64,000 nt of DNA from Yuukianura sp. NJ FZ-2021. Taxonomy: Eukaryota. The DNA lies in contig CM102285.1 in the NCBI GenBank assembly GCA_046563655.1, positions 7,998,001 to 8,062,000 of the forward strand, written 5' to 3'. How positions within the stretch are numbered: the stretch's first letter is position 1; every line of letters begins with the position of its first letter. Positions 48,382 through 59,848 of the stretch are shown here, one piece after another. The translations under genes were made by a program, and so were the position numbers. The notes beneath the pieces are model-generated. The model was not told the DNA's origin. It ran no database searches and saw only the letters and a program-made list of their open reading frames with translations.

Positions 48382-50457
48382 ATGGGAGACCACATTGATT
48401 GCCTTATTACAACAGATACTAACAAGATCGTCACTGGGAGTTCTAATGGACTAATCAGGATCTACACTGCGACTTGTTATGGCACATTTAATCATGAAAG
48501 AACGTTTGGAGATATGTCTAATGGAGAAATAAAATTGATGAAATCCATGAATGGCAACCGATTGCTCACGTACCACTACCAAGAAAACAAACCATACGGC
48601 GATGACGAACGGGGAACTATTTGGAATCTCAACAATGGGGAAAGCATTCGACTGGAAACATTCATTGATCGGCGTGTAAGTGTACACAAGATGAGTGAAA
48701 TTAGTAATCGTTCGAAGTTCTTTCTGTTTTCCTAAAGCCCAACTCAGATACAAGATATAACCGTAACTATAATATTTTTTTAACAGAGCATATGTTTGAG
48801 GAAATCAGTAATGAGAGGAGCGCGGCGTAAGGGCTCGTCGACGGAATGGTGGGTGGGTTCGGGCTTGACGATGTATAGATACATAGCGGGATGGCTCTGC
48901 AAACTCTTTGTGCGTCGCGGTATGCTCAACAAGGCGACGGTGCACTCACTCGACGCCGATGTTCAGGCATCAGCTCAGTAGCAATGACGCCCCACTTGCC
49001 ACTTGTCTGTCGAACCCGGCGTCGCCGGCTCGTCGAGCCATTGGCCATCGCGCAATGCATCAATACACCCACGCATCAATATACGAACGCACCCACCATT
49101 TGGTCGCGAGCCCTTATGCCCCGCTCCTCTCATTAATATTCTCTCTTTTTTTTAAAGTTACATACGTTTGGGGGAATCAGTAATGAGATTAGCCTGTCAG
49201 AAGGGCTTGACGACGGAATAGTGGGTGGGTGATGATTTGTGACTCGTGGCTCGATGGCTCGACAAAGCCATGGTGCGTCCCGCGGTGGCTTACCATGTGT
49301 TTGTCGAGCCATCAAGTCACGCATAATCACATCGTCGAGCCGACACAGCCATCATTCCGTCGTCGCGCCCTTCTGACACGCTTGTCTCATTTCATTACTG
49401 TTTTCACTAAACGTCTGCAACTTTAAAAAAAGGATAATACTGATTTTCTCCAAACACATGTCTTTTTTTTAAAACAAAAATAGGATAATATTGGTTTCAA
49501 AATATTCATTCATAGTACTAATGAAACTATGTTTTACAGGATGGACGAGAGTCTTTGTTTTATCAGGGACGTGTAGATGGATGTGCAGAAGTGCCGGGCA
49601 ACATGATTGCAGTTTCAGGCTACCAATCGGAAGCGTGGGAGGGTTTGTGTGTATTTAATTCCCAGACTGGAAAATTGGTTCATACATGTGTAAGTGCTCA
49701 TCATCGACCACATGGCATGAAACTTGGGACTATGTCTTTTGGATATTTAGCCGTCCTTGGCTACTGCAGTTATTCTTTGGAAATTTGGAAAGTCACTTCG
49801 GAAAAGTGCAGTTTAATAGACACCGCGGATTGTCAACGAGCCTACTGCATGGAAGTTCTGGCAACAGGAGAAGTGATTATTGGAGGTTTTCAGATTCAAA
49901 TATTCGACATTAAACTCGTCGAAGGAATTGCAAAGTTAACTTTACTGCGTACTTTTGAAAATCGAAATGTTATCGACAGAATCATTCCAATTTTTGGGTA
50001 TCATATTCTGACCATCGACCGTGGAGGTTGCGACTCCGGAATTATTAGACAGTGGAACCTGCCAGATGCTGTACATGAATCAATTTATTGCAATTCTTTG
50101 CGAGAGTTATTTGGCTGTTCAAGTGACTACAATCCATCTGCTGTTGGACTACTTTTGCCACAAGAACTGTTTTTATATGGAGACGAAAAGAAAATCGTGT
50201 CCAATTCTAACGAATTTCAAGGAAAACTAAAAATCCTTACTCAAGATCCGATTTACGAAATCCACAAGAATGCACGTCTGTTGGCTCAAGCTCGAAACTC
50301 ATGCCCGATGTTCGGCTTAGGCAAACTTCCGCAGGAGATTCTTGTTGACATCGCTGCTTTGTCCGGTTTAGGCATAAAGACTGGTAACAAATCGGAGACC
50401 GTAAAATTTGCAGACGCGAGGAAACTGGCACAGCTGTATTACGGAGAGCAATTTTGA
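48382..50457 (+). CDS. WD40-like beta-propeller protein with C-terminal F-box-like motif, copy 2 (403 aa)
   Basis: Exons 48382-48675 and 49540-50457. Differs from copy 1 by one C-to-S change in the first blade and a 4-nt (AGAG) indel that changes the last residues (GEQF* versus GNFEFRFKT*). Confidence 0.75.
48789..49460. mobile_element. MITE-like palindromes in the intron of WD40 gene copy 2
   Basis: Near-identical to 43736-44409. Confidence 0.75.
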
Positions 50458-50743
50458 GTTTCGATTTAAAACTTAATCTGTTTTGGTAAGATAAAAAATA
50501 GTACTATTGGAACTATACACTAGTAAAAATAATATATATATATATAGTTATATAGATATATATTTATATCTATATAGTTATATATAGATATAGTTATATA
50601 TGCATTTAGTTATATATAGTTGTATATAGATATCGCGTATAAGGATGCCGCGGTGCAATGTTTTAACTGCACCGCCTCCGAACTGCACTTAACGCTTACT
50701 TAAGTTTCACAGCGTTTTTTAACTTACTTACTTACTGACAAAA

Positions 50744-50953
50744 AGCTACTTGGTCTGGAAGGACGAAGCGTTTGAGCTGTGGACAGAGCAGTGGGCCAAC
50801 CTTTACCCTGCAGGCTCCCATTCAGCGCAAGTGATAGAAGCCATTTCGAATGACTACTATTTGGTTAATATCGTGGACAATGACTTCCCGAAGGAAACCT
50901 GTCTCTTTGACCTTCTGGACAAAATGTTATGCATCAAGCCTTCTCAAAACTAA
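50744..50953 (+). pseudogene. MTHFR: Duplicated 3' fragment of the MTHFR last exon (X3)
   Basis: Same mid-exon breakpoint as X2 (…TGACAAAA|AGCTACTTGG) and the same MLCIKPSQN end. Confidence 0.9.
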
Positions 50954-51656
50954 CGTATTTTCTGAACTTTCGTGGTCCAGTTCCAGTGACAGTGGAAATT
51001 ACAACTTGTAATTTCCATTTACAAGATTGTAATTTACAAGTACTTTAACTCAAAAATTATTGTGATGCCACAGCACGTGCGGTTCAATTGGTGTTCATTT
51101 GTCCGAGTATTAATCATGGAAATAATTATTAACTCTACAAATTATTTCAATCAATATTTTTATCTCTGGAAAACCCATTAAACTCAACTAATAACTTACG
51201 TTTGTTTTTAATATGGTATTTACTACTGCGAATTTAACTCATTTCTTAAAAGGTCTGTGTGGCTGATGTAAGTTCAATTGGATGGAAGGCCTTGGACTTT
51301 CGAGAAATACAAGCAACTTGGAGAGAGTGAAGGAATTTTCATTTTATGTTTTCATGACTCGCGTATCCGTATCGGAGTCGGAGTGGATTTAAAATTACAC
51401 ATATCTTACATTTCTTTCATTTTCAACAAAAATATTAGTATCTCTGAAGCAGGTAGAATATTACGAAATAATTCTTTGATGACAAAAAGTTTTTCCAAAT
51501 ATTTACTTGAAAATGCTTTTGTGAAACGGATATTGTTATTGTTGTTACAAGATAAAATTTTAGACGAAAGATGCTTGCAAAGCGATTGAATTGAAAGATT
51601 TTTATCATTTGTTTTAGTTTATTTCAAAACATTGAAGAAAGCATCCTCATTGAACC

Positions 51657-51974
51657 GCCAAAGGGTGGAGAAAGGTGTTAATGAAAACTTTCTCTTCCCC
51701 TCAGCTCCCCCCCTTCTCCGATGTTTACTCGGCCTCACGAGTTTCACCGAGTGGAGTGGGATTTTGGAATATGGGGTTATCACTGATATAGCTTAGGTGT
51801 AATGTGGAGAGATTTCTCTTCCCGCCATCACCGGATATATGGTGGTATATGAAGGCCGATTCTGACGCTTCGATTGGCTGTTGAGGCCGATTCTGACAAC
51901 CTGATTGGTTCCATATCCAAACCTACCTATAAAAACGCATTACGCGGGGGTACATGGGTTTGGCCTATCTACCT
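51657..51974. mobile_element. Partial copy of the 19876-20251 MITE
   Basis: GCCAAAGGGTGGAGAAAGGTGTTAATGAAAACTTTCTCTTCCCCTCAGCTCCCCCCTTCTCCGATG... through TTTGGCCTATCTACCT. The outer TIR segments are missing. Confidence 0.8.
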
Positions 51975-52135
51975 GCCCCGGCAGGCCGATTTCTTATCAC
52001 TGATTTCAAAACAAGTACCAGTATCAGTATATCGGAATGCTTTCTCATTAGTATCAAGACTAAAGGAACACAGTAACCTTCGCTGCGCTTGTTTATAAGT
52101 TCCAATTTTCAAAAAAAAAAAGCACTTTCTCGTTC

Positions 52136-54217
52136 TCAGCGTTTCACTGATCCTTGAATAGACACGGGCTGTTTTTTTCTCGAAATAAGTTGTTTCCGTT
52201 TCTTGTGCACAATTTCAGCAACAAATATTGCGAGAGCAACTGTACAGCCCACCCCCAATAGACCAAAGCTGCTTGTAAAGTGCCCCATGCTTAGAACGAT
52301 CAAGTTCCCGTCAGCATCCCCTGCTTTCTCCAGATGCCTTTCTCTTGCCAAAGCCTTCCCTTCTGCCAATGCTATTTCATGTTCATGACTAAGGTATCGT
52401 TCCGTTAGACCCATTGCATTCTGTTGTTTCACAACATCATCCATGCTTCCATGGTATACTGCCACCTTCGGAACGAAAGCCGCCACGGCAATGTAAAACG
52501 TCTTGGCTCGACTTTTCTTTACACGCAAATTTCCATACTGGTCCGCAAAATTTCGATTCGCTTCTGCATATAAGTTGTCTCGCCACGAATAGCAAACGGC
52601 CGTGGACTTCAGTACAAATTCAATGCATTTCGATATGGATTTCTCGGAAATACTTCTGCGACTGATTTCCTGATCATGCGGATTCTTGCTCGTTGCAAAT
52701 AGGAAAGCCAAAACTCCTCCTATATGGTGACCGTAAATCTTATACTGTTTGTTGTCTGCTAGTTCTTCGAAACTTTCCGGTACTGCATCCGTCAAAGGCG
52801 TTACCATGTGAGACATCAGGGTACTTTTGTAGGCAGTACCTATGACAATGGAGCTAAACATCCAGGAAACAAATATAAGGACAACTGTAGCATTTCGTCT
52901 GACACGACTCTTAGAATCTTGTTCCATTAGCGAACGGAATACAAAGCTCAAACCTTCTCGATATCCCAGGAAAATTCCGCGTTTGAAATTCACTTGATGA
53001 ACGTTGCGTGTTCCAATTCTAGGATTGTCTCCAGCGCGACTGATGGCCCATGCAAAGGTCAAGGCATAGGCTGGTACAAGACAAACCATAATTGTGATTC
53101 CCAGGGCAATCCACGCCCTTAACGTAAATGATCTGAAAATACTCTGCCACATCTTTTTCCGTTTCGGCAAATTCGTGACGAACGTAACGAATTGGTAAGC
53201 ATTTGGAGTTAAAAAACTAACAACTTGATGACGCTCCAAGTTGTGACCGGCACCAATGCCCAAATCGCCCTCACCAGCCTGTAGCTTTCCTATGATGCCA
53301 TCGAAGGAACCATTACTCAATCTCTGCCCAAAAGTGTCTTCGGAGAAGGTCATGCTAAAGTTCAATTTGTCCTGCATAGACCGAAGCAATGGCAGTTGAC
53401 ATCCACCGACTAGGATTAGCGCTTTGGTTTGTGGGTCAGTTTTGAAACGATTCAAAACGGGTACTGCTTTTCCAGCCGTCGTGACCAAAACTCTCCCGTA
53501 AAAGTTTTTAGTGAAATCTGGAAATAAATTTTGAATTGGCGGAATGTTTTTAGAATTTTGAAGTTCCTTGTAAACGGTAACTGAAGTTGGACTGCCGTTG
53601 AAGCAGTAGAAGCAGGTAGACTTCAAGTGTAGAATCGGTGCGTATCCCGCATTGTTTTCAAGAGTCAGTTGAACTTTAAACTTGTACGTTTTGATTGCCT
53701 GGTGAGAATGCAATTCAAAATCGAAATTGGAATAGGATCCAGGATTTCTTAAATCCAAAATAAAATTAAAGTCTCTCTCCCGAGTCATTCTATCGACGCC
53801 CAGTTGTCCGATTTCGCCATTGCTTGAGGCGTGTTCTGTTCCAAATATAATGACATTGACCTGCTTCCATGAAGAGTGACGCCGTTGGAGATCTTTTTCA
53901 GCCAAACCGGATGAACGAATGTTCTCCTTCCGTGGAAGCATGTAAGTGAAGGTCCTAATTCTGCCGTTTCCCAAAACCTCGGTTGTTTTCTCTTCAGAAA
54001 CGCAAAGTGACAGCGATTGGGCAACCGATTTCTCAAAGATAAAATTCAGAGTCATGTCTGTAGGCGAAACAACTTTTCCGATAAACTCAATTCCTCGAGA
54101 ATACAGGTTGCAATTGAGATCTGCACTTAAGTAAGCATTAGAGTAGTGCCCTTTGACGAAAGTAAGTTTAAGTGAAAGTACGCATAAAACTAAAGAGAAA
54201 ACTTTAAGTTTATACAT
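52136..54217 (-). CDS. Divergent ionotropic receptor (variant iGluR chemoreceptor), intronless, ~693 aa
   Basis: Signal peptide MYKLKVFSLVLCVLSL; S1 lobe FGQRLSNGSFDGIIGKLQAGEGDLGIG...LERHQVVSF; M1 FRSFTLRAWIALG; pore SLMEQ; M3 WMFSSIVIGTAYKSTLMSHM; M4 LSMGHFTSSFGLLGVGCTVALAIFVAEI. Confidence 0.88.
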   Translation of the reverse strand: MYKLKVFSLVLCVLSLKLTFVKGHYSNAYLSADLNCNLYSRGIEFIGKVVSPTDMTLNFIFEKSVAQSLSLCVSEEKTTEVLGNGRIRTFTYMLPRKENIRSSGLAEKDLQRRHSSWKQVNVIIFGTEHASSNGEIGQLGVDRMTRERDFNFILDLRNPGSYSNFDFELHSHQAIKTYKFKVQLTLENNAGYAPILHLKSTCFYCFNGSPTSVTVYKELQNSKNIPPIQNLFPDFTKNFYGRVLVTTAGKAVPVLNRFKTDPQTKALILVGGCQLPLLRSMQDKLNFSMTFSEDTFGQRLSNGSFDGIIGKLQAGEGDLGIGAGHNLERHQVVSFLTPNAYQFVTFVTNLPKRKKMWQSIFRSFTLRAWIALGITIMVCLVPAYALTFAWAISRAGDNPRIGTRNVHQVNFKRGIFLGYREGLSFVFRSLMEQDSKSRVRRNATVVLIFVSWMFSSIVIGTAYKSTLMSHMVTPLTDAVPESFEELADNKQYKIYGHHIGGVLAFLFATSKNPHDQEISRRSISEKSISKCIEFVLKSTAVCYSWRDNLYAEANRNFADQYGNLRVKKSRAKTFYIAVAAFVPKVAVYHGSMDDVVKQQNAMGLTERYLSHEHEIALAEGKALARERHLEKAGDADGNLIVLSMGHFTSSFGLLGVGCTVALAIFVAEIVHKKRKQLISRKKQPVSIQGSVKR

Positions 54218-55212
54218 GCTAATTTGCTTCTTCAATTTCAAAAAAAAAAACAATCCACAATGGATATAAGCGGACAATTTAATACAATAACTCGTAAAAC
54301 TGTTTAGACTTTAGACTTTAGACGAGAAAAAAAAATGCAACAATTTACAGAACTTGGTGAAACTGAAAATGATTTCACGATGAACCTCGAGGCTGTCTTT
54401 TCTTCGGTTTGTAAATACAGTCTGCCCACAGAAATAGGTTTGAAATAATAAATCTAATATTACAATGGTTTATATTTTCTATCCTCCTTTTCTGTGGTCA
54501 CCAGTGTTGTCCAATAATCGATTATTTTATTATGTAAGTGTAACAGATTAATTGATTTGGATTTGTCCAGTAACAGAAAGTGTGAGGGAAAGTGTCAAGA
54601 GGAACAAATGATCCTAATAAATGGAATTTTGGATGATGCCATTAGTGCCCTGTCTATCACATACTAAGACGAGGGCTTGTAAATATTAAGTAGGTACTAA
54701 AAGTGTATAACAAAGATGATAATCTCCTAATCACTCAATTCACTTAACAGAAAAGTGGACTAGTGAACATAAATCGCTTTACTTTAAATTTTACACAATG
54801 TCCAGAGTGTTTGTTACTTAAACTTGGTATCTTTCATTTTCGAAGTGTACTATTACACGTTTTTATGGAAAATCATCTCTAGACAATCTCTAGATTCAAC
54901 ATTTTCAATTCAATTGTCCACCGGTAACAGTGTTTTGTCGAAAGAGCAGCACTTTGAGGTTTGGTAACGCGAGTCGCGTTCTGTCCATGTGAAACATCCA
55001 GAAAGTTTTCAAACGTTGAGTAATACGGTTTACAGTAAAATAAAGTTAAGGAAATCACTATAAAATTAGCAATTAGTAGTCGAAAGTTCTTCAGAGCAAA
55101 AGTAAAATTCAATCCATGATCTTTTAACACTACATTAACTTGGACTGGCAGTTTATTGTTAACTTGTCGTTGCGACTTGGAATATTTACACAATGCTTAT
55201 CACTCTTACAAT

Positions 55213-57384
55213 TTAGAAATTTACAATTTTAAAATCGCGTTTCGCAAACTCTTGGAGGGGCAAAAGCTGTATGAATTTTTGTGAAGCATTTTGTCGCTTT
55301 CTGTGTTTAGCTAACTCATGAGTAGACCTGGGCTGTTTTCTTCCCGAAATACATTTTTTCCGTTTCTTGCGCACAATTTCAGCAGCAAATATTGCGATAC
55401 TCACTGTACAGCCAACCCCCAATAAACCGAAGCTGCTACTAAAGTGTCCCATGCTGAGGACGATAAAGTTCTCGACAACATCCCCTGCTTTCTCCTGAAG
55501 TTTCTCCGTTGCCAACGCCTTCCCTTCGACCAATGCCATGTCCAGTTCCTGACGCATGAATTGTTCCGTAAGACCCATGTCATTCTGTTGCTTCACGACA
55601 GCATCCATACTTGCGTGGTAAACTGCCAGCTTGGGAACCAAAATCCCCACGGCAAGATGAAATGCCTTGGCCCGACTTTTCTTTACTCGGAAATTCCCGT
55701 ACCGGTCGGAAAAATTTCGATTCGTTTCAGCCCACAGGTTGTCTCGAAATGAAAAGCAAGCGGACATGGACTTCAGAACAAATTCGATGCATTTCGATAT
55801 GGATTTCTCGGGAATACTTCTGCGACTAATAGCCAAATACTTTGGATTCTTACTCGCTGAAAATAACAAAGCCAAAACGCCTCCTACATACTGAGCGTAA
55901 ATTTTATACTGTTTGTTGTCCGCTAATTCTTCGAAACTTTCCGGTACTGCATCTCTCAACGCCGTGACCATATTGGACATTAGCATGCTTTTGTAGGCAG
56001 TACCCACAACAATAGAACTGAACATCCAGGAAACAAAAATAAAGACAAGAGCAGCATTTCGTCTGACGACACGACTCTTAGAATCTTGTTCCATTAGCGA
56101 ACGGAATACAAAGCTCAAACCTTCTCGATATCCCAGGAAAATTCCGCGTTTGAAATTCACTTGATGAACGTTGCGTGTTCCAATTTTAGGATTGTCTCCA
56201 GAGCGACTGATGGCCCATGCAAAGGTCAAGGCATAGGCTGGTACAAGGAAACCCACAATTGTGACTCCCAGGGCAATCCACGCCCTTAACGAAAATGATC
56301 TGAAAATGCTCTGCCACATCTTTTTCCGTTTTGGCCAATTCGTGACGAATGTAATGAATTGATAAGTATTCGGAGCAAGGAAACTAACAACTTGATGACG
56401 CTCCAAGCTGTGAACTGCACCAATACCAACATCGCCATCTCCAGCCTGTATTTTCCCTATTAAGCCATCGAAGGAACCATTATCCAATTTCCGCCCAAAA
56501 GTATGTTCGGAGAATGTCATGCTAAAGTTCAATTTGTCCTGCATAGACCGAAGCAATGGCAGTTGACATCCACCGACTAGGATTAGCGCTTTGGTTTGTG
56601 GGTCAGTTTTGAAACGATTCAAAACTGGTATGCCTTTTCCAGCTTTCGCGATCAAAACTCTTCCGTAAAAGTTTTTAGTGAAATCTGGGAATAAATTTTG
56701 AATTGGCGGAATGTTTTTAGAATGTTGAAGTTCCTTGTAAACGGTAACTGAAATTGGACTGCCGTTGAGGCAGTAGAAACAGGTAGACTTCAAGTGCAGA
56801 ATCGGTGCATATCCCAAATTGTATTCAAGTGTCAGTTGAACTTTGAACTTGTACGTTTTGATTGTTGGATGAGAAAGCAATTCGAAATCGGAATTGGAGT
56901 AGGATCCAGGATTTCTTAAATCCAAAATAAAGTTAAAGTCTCTCTCACGAGTCATTCTATCGATGTTCAGTTGTCCGATGTCGCCATTGCATGCGGCGTA
57001 TTTTGTTCCAAATATAATGACATTGACCTGCTTCCAAGAAGAGTGACGCCGTTGAACATCTTTTTCAGCCAAACCGGATGGACGAATGCTCTCCTTTCGT
57101 GGAAGCATGTAAGTGAAAGTCCGAATTCTGCCGTTTTTCAAAACCTCGGTTGTTTTCTCTTCAGAAACGCAAAGTGACATCGATTGGGCAACTGATTTCT
57201 CAAAGATAAAATTCAGTGTCATGTCTGTAGGCGAAACAACTTTTCTAATAAATTCCATTTCTCGAAAATACAGGTTGCAATTGAGATCTGAACGTAAGTA
57301 CGCTTTCACCAAAATAAGTTTAAGTGAAAGTACGCATAAAAGTAGTGAGGAAACTTTAAGTTTATACATATTAATTTGCTTCAT
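55213..57384 (-). CDS. Divergent ionotropic receptor, tandem paralog, intronless, ~720 aa
   Basis: Same architecture as 52136-54217 and colinear with it. Start at ATG 57384 or 57369. The upstream regions of the two genes are also recognisably homologous. Confidence 0.88.
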   Translation of the reverse strand: MKQINMYKLKVSSLLLCVLSLKLILVKAYLRSDLNCNLYFREMEFIRKVVSPTDMTLNFIFEKSVAQSMSLCVSEEKTTEVLKNGRIRTFTYMLPRKESIRPSGLAEKDVQRRHSSWKQVNVIIFGTKYAACNGDIGQLNIDRMTRERDFNFILDLRNPGSYSNSDFELLSHPTIKTYKFKVQLTLEYNLGYAPILHLKSTCFYCLNGSPISVTVYKELQHSKNIPPIQNLFPDFTKNFYGRVLIAKAGKGIPVLNRFKTDPQTKALILVGGCQLPLLRSMQDKLNFSMTFSEHTFGRKLDNGSFDGLIGKIQAGDGDVGIGAVHSLERHQVVSFLAPNTYQFITFVTNWPKRKKMWQSIFRSFSLRAWIALGVTIVGFLVPAYALTFAWAISRSGDNPKIGTRNVHQVNFKRGIFLGYREGLSFVFRSLMEQDSKSRVVRRNAALVFIFVSWMFSSIVVGTAYKSMLMSNMVTALRDAVPESFEELADNKQYKIYAQYVGGVLALLFSASKNPKYLAISRRSIPEKSISKCIEFVLKSMSACFSFRDNLWAETNRNFSDRYGNFRVKKSRAKAFHLAVGILVPKLAVYHASMDAVVKQQNDMGLTEQFMRQELDMALVEGKALATEKLQEKAGDVVENFIVLSMGHFSSSFGLLGVGCTVSIAIFAAEIVRKKRKKCISGRKQPRSTHELAKHRKRQNASQKFIQLLPLQEFAKRDFKIVNF

Positions 57385-58280
57385 CAATTTTTTTAAAAAA
57401 TGTAGATTAATTATTATAATCTGACAATCTAATGGGTTGATGTGTAAAACTGTTTAAACTACGAGAACATAATTATGCGATAATTTGCATCACTTGGTGC
57501 AACTGATTTCACTGTGAACGTCAGACGTTAACTGTTCATCCGTTTTTAAGTATCATGTGGCAACTGCAATAGGTTTGACATAAATCTAATAGTACAGTGG
57601 TTTTTGTTTTTCAGTGGACACCGCAGTGTTTCCAATAATCGATTTATTTCATTATTGTAAGTGTAATAGATTAATTGACTTGGATTTTCCCTGACTTTCT
57701 CCAGTAAGAGAAAGTGTCAGGGGAGGTGTCCGGAAGAACAAATGAAATTATTCAGATAAAAAATAAAGTTCTGCTTGACGAAGTCATTTGCCTCGTGTCA
57801 ATGGAATAAAGAGGAGGTTTTTTTTCAGTATTAACTAGTACTGTTTAGTACTAAACACTAGTATAAAGGTAGATAACGAAAATCACGCCCGAATAATCAC
57901 TGGAGTGTACTTACGAGAAATAGTTGATTACTTAATCATTATAATCGATTCACTCTAACTTTTTAATTATGCACAGCATCTGCTTCTGAAGCTTACTGTT
58001 TGTGTTTTCATTTTCCAAGTATACCAACGTACTAATGTAATACGTTTTAATGGTAAAGAAAATAATCTCCCAACAATTTTGCAGGAGCTAAATCATTGAA
58101 TGAGGAGCATAAAAATGTAGCTTAAAGAGAAGTTATACTAATTTATGGGAAACTTAATTATTGTTGTATTTTTTTTTATACTTTTTGGAACAATACGCTG
58201 ATCAGCAGTCTTTTTTTTTAGGTACTTCAACATGAATTTAGCCGGAATGGATGGCGTCTCGCCTCGGACAGGGACAAGGC

Positions 58281-58882
58281 TAGGGCTGTTCAAGTTCCGG
58301 ATCGGATCGGATCCACATGGAAACGGATCCGGAACTGGAACTGATAAATTTGGTAACGGAACCGAACTAGTTCAAAAATTCGGAACCGGAAACGAACCGA
58401 ACCGGAACCGGATCCGAACCGAACCGGAACTGGAACCGAAATAAAAACAGAAAATGCATTTGTCCCGTTCATAAATTTTAAAAAGGTAACTAAACCTATC
58501 AATTTAACTAATCTGTATATTAGTTAAATTGTTAGGTTTAGTTATCGTATATAAATAATGTCAAATAAACACATTGATTGTATATAAATATTCACCAAGG
58601 GACTTATAAACCACTGCTGCTTTGTCAATTCATTTTTCATTAAATTGTTTTGGTGATGCATACCAGCTTTTTAAGCAAAATTTCCTGTTTGAATTTGGCG
58701 ATAATGAAGTTAACCGGTTCCAGTTCCAAATGCTGGAAGAACCGGTTCCATCATACAATGGAACTGGATCCGAACCGGATCCGGAATATAAGTTCCGGTT
58801 CCAAATATTTAGGAAACGGATCTGGAAACGGAACTGGAACCGTAAAAGTTCCGGATCTGGAACCGGAACTTGAACAGCCCTA
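58281..58882. mobile_element. Non-autonomous hAT-type MITE
   Basis: TIR TAGGGCTGTTCAAGTTCCGG / CCGGAACTTGAACAGCCCTA; 8-bp TSD GACAAGGC (58273-58280 and 58883-58890); subterminal GGAACC/GGATCC repeats. Confidence 0.93.
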
Positions 58883-59848
58883 GACAAGGCCATGCACTTT
58901 TCTCGAAAACGTTATTTCGATTTTTTTTGTCTCCGGGATTGTTACCTATAATATATAACAAGTCACATTTATAAGTAGACACATGACCTCTACGTTTTAG
59001 AAACACAGTGTTTCAGTATTTCATTGTTGTGTCGATTAACCATTGAATCTGTTTGGGGATGTTAGTCGTCACGTACCGGGCATCTCAATTGTTCCGTCAC
59101 CGTCGTCATTTAAAAATTCTTTATTTTTTTTAAAAACTCTTTCTTCGGAAAATTCGGAAGCATATGAATTATTTTATAAAATGTTAAAAAGTCGAAAAAG
59201 AAATAGCGTCTCGTTAGATTTTTAAGAAATTCATAGACTGCAGCTTTATATTTTTTCGAAAGGTCAAAATCGGAGGGGATCTTTTTAAAATTTGAGGATG
59301 TACAGCATATTTTTAATTTTATACGGTTTAATTCCGAATTTCAATTTTATTTCTGTTTCAGAATTAATATTTCGAAGACTTTCAAAACTTATAAAAAAAT
59401 ATATGAAGCATTCCCAAGTGTTTGCATGCCTTGCTTGGGTAGTAGTAACATAGAAAATATTCGCAGGTTTAGCCTCAAAATTCATCAGAGGAATTCGAAA
59501 TCTTGACCTTTGACTTTTTGAAAATTCCAAAGGCTTAAGAAGTCTGAGAATTAATTCATTTTCCAAGGGTTTCCAAGACTTAGTTAGGGGTAATAGGGGA
59601 AGAATTCAGAAAATTCCAACAAAAGGTTGATTCTGCGGATTCAGAAAATTCGGAGGATTAACCACACGCTAAACAAAAATTTTGTAAACAAATATTGTTA
59701 GCGTGTTCTTGCTTCGTTGCATCCTTCTGTCATCTGTTTTGATTCATCAATCATCATTCTAGTCAAGTTAAAATTAAACTTTTCGTTTTAGCCAATTAAC
59801 CTTAGCTTAGTTTTACTTTGTTAATTACTCGATTGAACTACCAATCAA

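Larger units (their letters stand above)
39632..51432 (+). repeat. Tandem segmental duplication X1-C1-X2-C2-X3 (X = MTHFR 3' end, C = cargo)
   Basis: X1 39632-40288, X2 45689-46380 and X3 50744-51432 each hold the last MTHFR codons plus 3' flank. C1 40289-45688 and C2 46381-50743 are near-identical apart from indels. Confidence 0.95.

Noticed and set aside
58232..59006. Gly/Thr/Pro/Arg-rich ORFs
   Set aside because: Derived from GGAACC/GGATCC subterminal repeats of the hAT MITE.
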